Shown here one piece after another: positions 9,711-18,761 of a DNA stretch of 58,528 nt; position 1 is the first letter of the stretch, and the number at the start of each line of letters is the position of its first letter. The notes beneath the pieces were generated by a model. The model had not been told where the DNA came from. It ran no database searches and worked only from the letters and a program-made list of their open reading frames with translations. The stretch is from Myxococcota bacterium (GTDB lineage: Bacteria > Myxococcota > JACRCW01). The DNA is taken from the NCBI GenBank assembly GCA_040752415.1, contig JBFMGU010000029.1, positions 1-58,528 of the forward strand, written 5' to 3'. The translations under genes and the position numbers were made by a program.

Positions 9711-9731
9711 GCCGCCGAGTCCCGCGCCCGC

Positions 9732-10364
9732 TCAGCGCCAGGTGGTGACCCACGTGCACGCGGCACCGCCCCGGTGGCGACATTCCAGCTGCTGCACCTT
9801 CACGTCCTTGGCCCCGGTGAGCTCCACGGCGGTGGCGGCCCAGGTGTTCATGGTGTGCTCGCAGAAATACAGCGGCAGCACCGCTTCCCGCAGCGCCAGC
9901 GTCACCGTGTTGGGCTCGCTCTTCACCTCGGCGAGAACGCCGCGCTTCACCTTGGCGCTGAATGCCACGCTGAGCCGCTTCATGACGAAGCCGGGGCTGC
10001 CGAGCTTGAGGAGGAAGCGGTAGATGGCGTTGAGCTCGTACTGCGCGCCGCGCAGCGCCAGGTCGCGGATGCGCGACACGTCACCGCCGTAGAGCGCGGT
10101 GATGATGGCGCGGTCCACCTCCACGAGCTGACGGATGGGAATCCACGACGTGGCCAGCGGCGGTTTGCGCCATACGTCCACGACGTCGGGCGGGAGCGCG
10201 GCGGCCACCTTCTCCAACGCGGCTTTCCCCAGCATGTCCTCCACGCACCGCGCACGCGTGAGGATGGTGGCGCCCTTCATCTCGTTGTCGAGCACCTGCG
10301 CGCCCAGCGCCGGGTTTCCCATGATCGGGTCCAACGCCGTCGTGGCTGCTGCGGCCAATCCCAT
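9732..10364 (-). CDS. Myxococcales DUF2378/TIGR02265-like protein (V4R/H-NOX-like fold)
   Basis: MKGATIL...GKAALEKVAAALPPD...PLATSWIP...ECRHRGGAACTWVTTW pattern. Confidence 0.65.
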   Translation of the reverse strand: MGLAAAATTALDPIMGNPALGAQVLDNEMKGATILTRARCVEDMLGKAALEKVAAALPPDVVDVWRKPPLATSWIPIRQLVEVDRAIITALYGGDVSRIRDLALRGAQYELNAIYRFLLKLGSPGFVMKRLSVAFSAKVKRGVLAEVKSEPNTVTLALREAVLPLYFCEHTMNTWAATAVELTGAKDVKVQQLECRHRGGAACTWVTTWR

Positions 10365-10526
10365 GGCGACCTCCCCGCAAGAATCAGGCGCATCCTCGTC
10401 GGGAGATACGGTGGAGGGCAGTGACCTGGGTCACGGGCGGAGACGCAGCGCCGACGGTGGTGACACGTGGCACCGTGGTGCATGCTCCTGCCGCCCGGCG
10501 CGCTTCCGGGATGGGGTCCCTGCCAC

Positions 10527-13500
10527 ATGTCCAACACCGCACGCATCACCGCACCGGTCTGCCTCCTGGCCATGACGTTCCTGACCGCCTGCCCACCCAC
10601 CGCCACGACGGGAGAAGGCACCCGCGCGACAATCAGCGGCCGCGTGGAGCTGGAGCCCATTGCGGGGCTCAATGACTTCAGTCGCGTGCGTGTGGACCTC
10701 GGTCGCGGTGAGGGCGGCGTGCCTCCCGACGAGCAGGGCAACTTCGAGTTCACCGACCTGGAGCCCGACGTCTACACGCTCACCGTCACCTACTCCGGCG
10801 GCCTCACCAACACCGCCAGCCGCTCCGCCTACAAGCGCCTGGACCTGCGCGTGGTGGCGCGTGCGGGCGGCAGTGTCAGCGTGGGGGTGTTGAAGCCGGA
10901 GCTGGGCGTGGGAACGGTGCAGGGCAACCTGGTGCTCACCGACGGGGCACCGGTGGACGGCGCCGAGGTCACGCTCATCACCGAGAACGGAATCATCCGC
11001 ACCATCCCGCTCACCCAGAGCAGCTTCGCCATCCCCGACGTGCGCGTGGGTCGCTACAGCGTGCAGGTCAGCAAGGATGGCTACGCGGCCTCGCGCACGC
11101 CGGGAGCCAGCGCGGTGGGCGTGTGCACCGAGCTGGTGGTGATCAACGAGGACGAGGAGACCCTTGAGCTCACCCCCACCGCGCTGGCTCCGACGACGCC
11201 CGCGTTTGCCCCTGGCAACGGGCAGGTGCTCACGCAGACCGGCAACGCGTGGCTGCTCACGCCCACCACCGAGGATCTCACCGTGCAGGTCACGGCGGCG
11301 TTCGCCCACGAGGGACGCGTGTGGTGGGAGGGCGAGGCGCCAGGGGAATACCTGCCCTTCAAGGAGAACGGGTACCTGCTGGAGGATGTCGTCGAGGGCA
11401 GGCACCGCGTGTTCTTCCAGTTCAAGGACCGCTGCGGTTACGAGGCGCGCGTGGAAGAGCTGGTCCTGACGCGGGACCAGACGGCGCCCAGCATCGGCTC
11501 GGTGACGTTGTCCGGCGGTGCGGCGTTCACGCGTGAGCCCACGCTGGGGCTGTTCGTGCTCGGCTCGGATGTGTTGAGCGAGGCGTTGGAGCTGCGTCTC
11601 AGCCTGTGCAACGGCACGGATGCCGAGTGCGACGTGGCGCTCGAGGATGCGCCGTGGACGGATTACACCACCTCCCGCACGGTGACGTTTGACGACACCG
11701 ACGGGGTGAAGCTGGCGCGCGTGCAGCTGCGCGACGCGGCGGGCAACATCTCCGACGTGAACGAGGCGCGCATCACCCTGGACCGCGCCGCGCCGGTGGG
11801 CACGCTGCGCATCAATGGCGACGCGGAGCACACCGCCAGCCCCGACGTGGTGCTCACGGTCAGCACCGCCGACACCGTGGCGGCGATGAGCGTGATGGAC
11901 GGTGACCAGCCCAGCTGCGACGGCGCGGTCTACGTCCCCTTCCAACCCAACGCGCTCCACACGCTGACCGGTAACGACGGTGAGAAGACCATCACGCTGT
12001 GCCTCCGCGACGCGGGCGGGAACACCGCGCTCCTGCAGGACGCCATCACGCTGGACCGCAGCGCCCCCAACGCGCCCACGTTGGCGCCCGCCGGCGGACT
12101 CGTTGCCACACCCACGGTGCAGGTGATGGTGGCCACCGCGTCCGTCGACACCGGCGTGGGGTTGGCCAGCCCGGCGTACGAGTTGCTGATGCCCGGCGCG
12201 GCGGAATTCACGTCGTGGGATGGGGCCGCGTTGGCGGTGGGCCTGACGGAGGGAGAGAACACCGTCCGCGCGCGCGCCGTGGACGCGGTGGGGAATCGCG
12301 GTGCCGAAGGAACGGTGTCCTTCACGCTGGATACGCGCGCACCGGTCATCAGCCTGGTCACGCTGGCGGGCGGCGCCACCTACGCCACCTCGGCGAGCAT
12401 GGCGGTGCAGGTGCTGGCCTCCGACGCCACCGCGGGCGCGCTGCAGATGCGGCAGAGCCTGTGCAATGACTCCGCGGCAGACTGCGACGTGGCGCTGGAG
12501 AGCGCGGCGTGGGGCAGCTACGCCACCTCGCAGACCGTGACGTTCGACGACACCGACGGGCTCAAGCTGGTGCGCATCCAGGTGCAGGACGCGGCGGGGA
12601 ACGCTTCCGACATCGTGGAGGCGCGCATCACGCTGGACCGCGCGGCGCCCACGGGTTCCGTCGAGGTCAACTCCAACGCGGAGTACACCGCCAGCCCCAA
12701 CGTGGTGCTGCTCATCACCGCCGACGACACGGTGGCACAGGTGGGGCTCCTGGATGGCGACGCGCCGAGCTGCGATGGCGCGGTCTATGTCCCGTACCTG
12801 CTGGCGCTCAACTGGGTGCTCGGCGGTGGTGACGGGGAGAAGACCGTGACGGTGTGCCTGCGCGACGTGGTGGGCAACACCGCGCGCGTGCAGGACCGCA
12901 TCATCCTGGACACCACCGCGCCCACGCAGCCGCGCTTTGCGCCGGGTGGCGGGCTCACCACCGTGGCGAACAGCGTGGTGGCGGTGGGCACCGCTTCCGT
13001 CGACGTGGGCGGGTTGGCCGCGCCGCCGTACGAGCTCCTTGATCCGCAGGGCGGTGCGTTCCAGCCGTGGGACGGCGCGGCGCGTGGCGTCACGCTGGCC
13101 GAGGGGGAGAACCGCTTCCGCGTCCGCGCCGTGGACCGCGCCGGCAACCGCAGCGACGAGGATCAGCTGGTCTTCACGCTGGACACGCAGGCGCCGGTGC
13201 CGCCGCGCATCACCCGGGTGGCGGTGCTGGGCGGAGACGTGCTGGTGGAGTTTGCCGACGAGACCGCGGATGTCCGCAGCTACCTGGTCCACTACGGCGC
13301 CAGCGACGACCGCCTGGACGCGAGCTTCCTGGACAACGGTCCCAGCCCGGTGGACGTGGGACGCAACAAGGCGGTGCGGCTGGTGGGCGCGCCGGTGGGA
13401 CAGCCCATGTTCCTGGCGGTGAGCGCCGTGGACCAGGCGGGGAACGTGGGACTGCGCTCCCCGGTGGTCCGCGCCGACGTGGATCCCGACAGCGTGGAGA

Positions 13501-16500
13501 TCCTCTCGTCATTCGGCGCCGAGCGGCTCGCGCTGCTGCGCGGCAACTCTCGTCGGGTGGTGGCCGCGCTGGGCAACGGGTTCGAGGTGCTGGAGCTGGG
13601 CGGCAGCGCTCCGGAGGTGCTGGCCAGCGTGGCGCTCGACGCTTCCACCACCGGCGTGGTCTCGCCCACCGCCGGCGCGTACTTCGAGGCAGACGTGGAC
13701 GGCGTCACCCGCGCGTTCGCGGCGGTGGCGGTTCCGCAGCGGGGTGACGCCGGGCGCTACGGCGACGTGCACATCTATGACTTTGGCGACGCTGCGGGGG
13801 ACTGGTCGCGCAAGGAGCGGCCGCGCCTGCTTTCCATCACGCCCACGACGGGAGAAGTGACCGACCTGCAGTCCGCCACGGAGGCGGGTGTGCCGCGTGT
13901 GTTGTGGCTGGAGTGGCGCAATGACAGGCAGGGGGAGCGGGCCACCATGGTGTGGTTGCGTGGTGCGCAGTCGCCCGCGCCGGAGCAGACCGAACGGGAC
14001 TGGTACTACTGGCACGTGATCGACGCGGGTGGTCAGCGCTTCTCGCCGGAGCTCGGCTCGGAAGCGGCGAACCTGTTGTCCTTTGCGCTGGTGTCCCCGG
14101 ACACGGTCCTGCTCGCCTACAACGCTGTGCCCGAGGGGGTTCCGCCGTACCTGTACTCCGGCGACCGCTACCTGCTGGTGGAGCAGGTGGCCTTGCAGGA
14201 CGGACCCACGCCGGAGCTGGTGTTCCTGGGCGCCACGACCTACCTCGAGGACTCGCCCTTGCCGCCGGAGCTGCAGGGCGTGGGCACCAAGTGCGCCATG
14301 CGCCTGGGACTGGCCCAACCGCCGCTGGCGGGGGATCGCGCCTCGCTGGTCATCACGCGCCGCCAGTACTCCAACGGCTCGGCGTGCGTGGAGGACTACG
14401 ACGTCGATCCCGACCCATTCTACCTGGACGAGCAACCCCTGGGCGGGTGCCTGCTCGGGTTGCGACCGGGAGCGGACGGCGTGCCCACGGTGGATGCACC
14501 CTTCCCCAGCAGCTGCGACGAACGCGCCGCCATGGTGGGCGCGCAGGTCGCTGACGACGTGACGCTGCTGGTGGGCGTGGGCGAGACAACGGCAGTGGTG
14601 CGGGTGCTGGACACCAGCGCTCCCTCTCCCACGTCCCAGGATGATTCCACCACGGTGGAGCTGCAACGCATCAGCGCACGTGACGAGCGATTGGCGCGTC
14701 GTTTCCCCGCGGCCTTCACCGCGACGGGCGGAACCGCGCGCATCCACTTCCTGCGCGGCGTGCACGGCGGCCAGGTGGTGGCGCGCGACGTGAGCGTGGC
14801 CCGCCCGTTGACCAACCCGTTCTCGCCCGCGCCGGTGGACCCGCTGCCAGGCTACGGCGTGGTGCAGGGCGTGGTGGACCTGGAGGGGTACGTCGTGGTG
14901 GCGCTGGAGAACGCCATCCGCGTCTGGGACCTGGCCATTCCCACGCAGCCCAAGGTGGCTTCCCACGTTCCGCTCGACGGAAGGATGGCCATGGGCCTGG
15001 CCCGCTGGCGCGACCGCATCTACGCCGTGGGTCCGGATGGACTGGCCATTGTCGACGTCACTGACCCCCACGCGGCCACGCTGGCGGACACCGTTCCATC
15101 CCTGGGCGGCTCATTTGTGGCGGTGGGTGGCGGCTATGTCACGCCGGATGGAACGCGCGCGCCCACCCTCTTGTTCATCTCCCAGGTGCCCGCGCCGACG
15201 TACCAGGGCCCCGAGCTGCCGGTGAAGACGTGGGTGATTGACGACGTCCCGTACCTGGCCGACACCTCTCCCAATCCCAACTACGGCCTGCCCTACCGTC
15301 GTGACCAGCCGGGCACCTTGGATGAACGCGGCTTCTTCCGCAGCTTCAACAATGGTCACGCGCTGCAGCTCACCGTGCATGATCGCTCCCTGATCGTGCA
15401 GACCGGCTTCAGTACGCAGGCCGGCGAGTGGTCCCCGATGAAGGTGTACCTGGTGGACCAGCACAAGCTGGCCAAGACGTACGGCCAGGTCTTCGCCAAT
15501 GACGACCTGGAGACCGGACACCATCACGTGGCCCTCGCCGTCGACGGCAGCAGGATGTGGATCTCCGCGCAGGGGGGCGGTGCCGGACCGGTGGGGGAGG
15601 CGGTGATGGCCTTTGGGCTGCCCAGCTCTCCCGCGGCGGAGCCTCCGCCGGGGAGCTGCGGTTGGTCGCCGTGCTCGTGCGTGGGGCGGGAGCGGACTCC
15701 GGGCGCGGACAACGCGTTGTGTTTCCGTCGGGACGTCACGCTGCCGGACGTCTACGGCAATGACATGGACTACGCGGAGCTCCTCACCGACACGAGCACG
15801 CTGAATGTCATTCACGGGGCCACGGCGCTGATGGCCACGTCGGGAACGTTGTTGTTCTCCCCCTATGACCCCACCGGCAAGGGCGCGGCGTTGGCGGAGG
15901 GAACCGCGCTCATCCATCCCCACGGAGGCGCACTGCGGGCGCGGGGACTGTTCGGCTTCAAGCAGGCCGTGGAGGGGCCGGGATACATCCTCACCGCCGA
16001 CGGACGTGGTGGTCTGCTGGTCCTCAGCGCCGCGCAGGGAACGGACCTCCTGCCGCTGGCGGACCTCACCGCCGCGCTCCCCGACGTGGCACCGCGCTAC
16101 TACAGCGCCATGGCGCGTCGCGGCAGCACGGTGGTGGGGACGGCGGGCGGCCTGCGGGAAACCAATGAGCGCGACACGCCCGCAGTGGTGCTGATGGATT
16201 TCTCCGAGGAGAACGCGCCAGTGGTGCGCGGCATCTATCGGACCCCGCTGACCCGTTACGGCCCGGGCACCTACGACGTCGAGCGCAGCTTCATCGAGGA
16301 TTCGGCCATCTCCGGCTCGCGCGTGCTGGTGGCGGTGACCCACCCGGTGGTCGACATCATCGACCAGTACAGCCGCTTCGTGCACATGGACACCTCCACC
16401 GTCGAGATCCTGGATGCGCGCTTCGGATCGGAAGGCGCGGTGGACCCCTCGTCGTGGGGTGACGACGACCAGCTGGGCTGCGCCGAGGTGGCGCCGTACC

Positions 16501-17318
16501 ACTGCCGCCTCTCCTACCCGCTCCGCGCCGACGCCCTGGGTCTCACGGGCTACCAGGGCCTGCGGGTGCGCAACATCGAGGTTGATGGCGACGTGGTGGT
16601 TCTCAACGGCCAGCTCTATGCGCCGCCTCCGGAGCAAGGTCCGCAGGCGTGGGACTTCGTGGTGGCCACGGTGGCGCTCGCGGACCTGCTGCACGCCGCG
16701 GAAACGCAGGCGGCCACCTTGCCCCTGCTCTCGCTGCGGAACCTGGGGCCGGGCCCGGCGAGCTACACGAACGACTACTTCCAGTTCCCCATGATGCACG
16801 CCGGGGGCGGTGCGGTGACGTTGGTGAAAGGCGTCGACAACGGGTGGCCGGGAGGCTTCCTGGTGGAGCGCGCCCGCGTCGACCGTCTCGGCACGCCGGA
16901 GTGGACCGCCACCGGGTCACCCTACCTGGACGTCTCGACGCTCAACCTCGACGAGGTGGTTGCGCGTGGCTCGCTGCTGGTGGCCAGCGGGACGGGATGG
17001 CTGCAGCCGTTTGACATGCGCACGCGTCAGGCGTTGGAGCGTGCTGCGGTGGCAACGACGACGGCCGCGCTGGGATTCCATGGTCGCCGCCTGATGCTGA
17101 GCGGGCGATTGTACGGGGGTGCGGTGGACGCCTTTGCGGGCGTGCGCCTGTGGGACGTGGACATGGACGGCGGCCCGGCGTTGCGGGAGACGCACGTGCT
17201 GGGCGGTGGACGCGAGGTGGACTTCAACGGGGTTTCCGGCGGCGCGGTGTCGCTGCCCTTTGGCATCCTGTGGGCCGACCGCGGGGTGACGCTGCGGTTG
17301 TTGACGTCGTCGCGGTGA
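10527..17318 (+). CDS. Giant (~2260 aa) lipoprotein: carboxypeptidase-regulatory-like/Ig-like domains, ~285-aa tandem duplication, Fn3, LVIVD-like propeller regions
   Basis: Lipobox FLTAC; repeated DAAGN..(I/F)TLD..AP Ig-like motifs; LAIVDVTDP and IRVWDLAIP LVIVD-like motifs. Confidence 0.8.
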   Translation: MSNTARITAPVCLLAMTFLTACPPTATTGEGTRATISGRVELEPIAGLNDFSRVRVDLGRGEGGVPPDEQGNFEFTDLEPDVYTLTVTYSGGLTNTASRSAYKRLDLRVVARAGGSVSVGVLKPELGVGTVQGNLVLTDGAPVDGAEVTLITENGIIRTIPLTQSSFAIPDVRVGRYSVQVSKDGYAASRTPGASAVGVCTELVVINEDEETLELTPTALAPTTPAFAPGNGQVLTQTGNAWLLTPTTEDLTVQVTAAFAHEGRVWWEGEAPGEYLPFKENGYLLEDVVEGRHRVFFQFKDRCGYEARVEELVLTRDQTAPSIGSVTLSGGAAFTREPTLGLFVLGSDVLSEALELRLSLCNGTDAECDVALEDAPWTDYTTSRTVTFDDTDGVKLARVQLRDAAGNISDVNEARITLDRAAPVGTLRINGDAEHTASPDVVLTVSTADTVAAMSVMDGDQPSCDGAVYVPFQPNALHTLTGNDGEKTITLCLRDAGGNTALLQDAITLDRSAPNAPTLAPAGGLVATPTVQVMVATASVDTGVGLASPAYELLMPGAAEFTSWDGAALAVGLTEGENTVRARAVDAVGNRGAEGTVSFTLDTRAPVISLVTLAGGATYATSASMAVQVLASDATAGALQMRQSLCNDSAADCDVALESAAWGSYATSQTVTFDDTDGLKLVRIQVQDAAGNASDIVEARITLDRAAPTGSVEVNSNAEYTASPNVVLLITADDTVAQVGLLDGDAPSCDGAVYVPYLLALNWVLGGGDGEKTVTVCLRDVVGNTARVQDRIILDTTAPTQPRFAPGGGLTTVANSVVAVGTASVDVGGLAAPPYELLDPQGGAFQPWDGAARGVTLAEGENRFRVRAVDRAGNRSDEDQLVFTLDTQAPVPPRITRVAVLGGDVLVEFADETADVRSYLVHYGASDDRLDASFLDNGPSPVDVGRNKAVRLVGAPVGQPMFLAVSAVDQAGNVGLRSPVVRADVDPDSVEILSSFGAERLALLRGNSRRVVAALGNGFEVLELGGSAPEVLASVALDASTTGVVSPTAGAYFEADVDGVTRAFAAVAVPQRGDAGRYGDVHIYDFGDAAGDWSRKERPRLLSITPTTGEVTDLQSATEAGVPRVLWLEWRNDRQGERATMVWLRGAQSPAPEQTERDWYYWHVIDAGGQRFSPELGSEAANLLSFALVSPDTVLLAYNAVPEGVPPYLYSGDRYLLVEQVALQDGPTPELVFLGATTYLEDSPLPPELQGVGTKCAMRLGLAQPPLAGDRASLVITRRQYSNGSACVEDYDVDPDPFYLDEQPLGGCLLGLRPGADGVPTVDAPFPSSCDERAAMVGAQVADDVTLLVGVGETTAVVRVLDTSAPSPTSQDDSTTVELQRISARDERLARRFPAAFTATGGTARIHFLRGVHGGQVVARDVSVARPLTNPFSPAPVDPLPGYGVVQGVVDLEGYVVVALENAIRVWDLAIPTQPKVASHVPLDGRMAMGLARWRDRIYAVGPDGLAIVDVTDPHAATLADTVPSLGGSFVAVGGGYVTPDGTRAPTLLFISQVPAPTYQGPELPVKTWVIDDVPYLADTSPNPNYGLPYRRDQPGTLDERGFFRSFNNGHALQLTVHDRSLIVQTGFSTQAGEWSPMKVYLVDQHKLAKTYGQVFANDDLETGHHHVALAVDGSRMWISAQGGGAGPVGEAVMAFGLPSSPAAEPPPGSCGWSPCSCVGRERTPGADNALCFRRDVTLPDVYGNDMDYAELLTDTSTLNVIHGATALMATSGTLLFSPYDPTGKGAALAEGTALIHPHGGALRARGLFGFKQAVEGPGYILTADGRGGLLVLSAAQGTDLLPLADLTAALPDVAPRYYSAMARRGSTVVGTAGGLRETNERDTPAVVLMDFSEENAPVVRGIYRTPLTRYGPGTYDVERSFIEDSAISGSRVLVAVTHPVVDIIDQYSRFVHMDTSTVEILDARFGSEGAVDPSSWGDDDQLGCAEVAPYHCRLSYPLRADALGLTGYQGLRVRNIEVDGDVVVLNGQLYAPPPEQGPQAWDFVVATVALADLLHAAETQAATLPLLSLRNLGPGPASYTNDYFQFPMMHAGGGAVTLVKGVDNGWPGGFLVERARVDRLGTPEWTATGSPYLDVSTLNLDEVVARGSLLVASGTGWLQPFDMRTRQALERAAVATTTAALGFHGRRLMLSGRLYGGAVDAFAGVRLWDVDMDGGPALRETHVLGGGREVDFNGVSGGAVSLPFGILWADRGVTLRLLTSSR
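11475..13181 (+). repeat. Intragenic tandem duplication, period ~855 bp (two copies)
   Basis: CDVALE..W..Y.TS.TVTFDDTDG.KL...EARITLDRAAP...SCDGAVYVP...GEKT.T.CLRD...WDGAA..V.L.EGEN..R.RAVD occurs twice; unit boundaries at 11475, 12330 and 13182. Confidence 0.85.
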
Positions 17319-17369
17319 GGCGGGAGGCGGGCGGCGTTGCGCGGTGATGGCCGCCCCGCCCGCTGATGC

Positions 17370-18455
17370 TCAGCCGATCACGTTGGTGTTGCGGTCGATG
17401 TTGGGACGGTCGCCGCTGCCCTCGAAGTGGACCTGCAGGTCCGGGGACATCTTGAAGCCCCAGGCCTTGAGCAGCGGCACGGGGTCCATGAACTTGGCGT
17501 CTCCGTCGGCGGCCAGCTTCTGCAGGCGGCCGCTCATGCCAATGCTGGTGACCACGCCGTTGCGCACCTCGATGTGGCCGTTGAACAGCATGCGCTGACC
17601 GCGCGCGAGCGAGGGGTTGGTGAGGATGAGGCCCGGCTCCGCGGGATTGCGACGCGCCGCGGGCAGGCAGTGCAGTGAGCCGTCGGCGAGGATGCAGAAG
17701 TTGTTGGCCCACTTCTGGCCCTGCGGACCGCGTGCGTACTGGTCGGGGTGGGAGGCCTCGTCGTAGTGGGCGGTGATGTTGCCGGTGCCCTTCTCGGTGA
17801 CGCGTTCGTACTCCGCCACCTGGAAGGTGTGCTCCTCGCCGGTGCGGAAGTCACGCTGCGTCTCGGTGCGGTAGCCCTTGATGCGCGTGAAGGTCTGCAC
17901 CGTGTTCATGTCTTCTTCCAGCTTCTGCGGCGTCACCTCGGTGTGGGAGAAGGCGAGGTTGCCGGTGGAGCCCACGTCCTGCGGGTACGGCGTCCACTTG
18001 CCGGTGACGGTGTAGCCCTCACCGTGGTCGTCCTTGGCGGGGTCGTCCAGCTCGGCCACGTCGTAGGCCACCGCGCCCGCGGCGCGCGCCTTGTTGACCA
18101 GCGCCTTCACCTCCTCGGGGATGACGCTGCCGCCCAACGTCTTCGTCGTCACGCCGGGCTTCATGCGCGCGTCCTCGGCGGCCTGCAGGCCGGAGGCACG
18201 CGCGGCCACCCCGTCATTCTGCTGGCGCACGTGGGCGCGCAGGGAGCTGATGTCGCGCAGCGCGTCCTTGAGGAGCTTCTTCGCCTCGGCGTCAATCTGC
18301 ACGGAGCTGTTGTTGAAAACGTCCTTGATGGCGCGTTCCTCGCCGCTGCTCACCGTCGAGCCGGCGCTGTCCAGGATCTTCTGCGCATCTGCCTTGTCGA
18401 TGGTGCGATCCGTGGACACGCTGCGAATGGTGTTCTTGACGCCGCTGACGGACAT
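17370..18455 (-). CDS. Hypothetical protein (361 aa)
   Basis: Coding-like composition, GGGGAGAG before ATG 18455; no confident family. Confidence 0.8.
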   Translation of the reverse strand: MSVSGVKNTIRSVSTDRTIDKADAQKILDSAGSTVSSGEERAIKDVFNNSSVQIDAEAKKLLKDALRDISSLRAHVRQQNDGVAARASGLQAAEDARMKPGVTTKTLGGSVIPEEVKALVNKARAAGAVAYDVAELDDPAKDDHGEGYTVTGKWTPYPQDVGSTGNLAFSHTEVTPQKLEEDMNTVQTFTRIKGYRTETQRDFRTGEEHTFQVAEYERVTEKGTGNITAHYDEASHPDQYARGPQGQKWANNFCILADGSLHCLPAARRNPAEPGLILTNPSLARGQRMLFNGHIEVRNGVVTSIGMSGRLQKLAADGDAKFMDPVPLLKAWGFKMSPDLQVHFEGSGDRPNIDRNTNVIG

Positions 18456-18525
18456 GGGCTCTCCCCGCGAAAGTGTGGAAGGCGGTCATAGCCCGGCGTG
18501 TGCGGGAATGGGAGGGCGCAGCAGG

Positions 18526-18700
18526 TCTCCAGGGGACCGCCCCGATAACGTCGGCAAGGTCCCCTGGAAACACACGGCGTCGGCAAGGTTCCCTGGAACC
18601 ACCGTGGCAGCGCATCGGCAAGGTCCCCTGGAAACACACGGCGTCGGCAAGATTCCCTGGAAATACCGTCGCTGCGGCGTCGCAAGGTTCCCCGGAGCAT
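18526..18700. repeat. Intergenic array of five ~22-bp direct repeats (TCGGCAAGGTYCCCTGGAAACAC) plus one inverted copy
   Basis: Copies start at 18551, 18580, 18615, 18644 and 18680 (periods 29/35/29/36); inverted copy at 18526-18545. Confidence 0.85.
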
Positions 18701-18761
18701 GGTTTCTGCGACGCACAAGCAATGCCATGGCCGCTTCGTCGCGGAGACCGCTGCCAATCCC

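Noticed and set aside
10468..10482. Sigma54-like TGGCACCGTGGTGCA upstream of the giant lipoprotein
   Set aside because: GG-to-GC spacing is 9 nt, not the required 10.
18551..18700. CRISPR array
   Set aside because: Linkers are only 6-13 nt and partly identical, the repeats are degenerate, and no cas genes are present.
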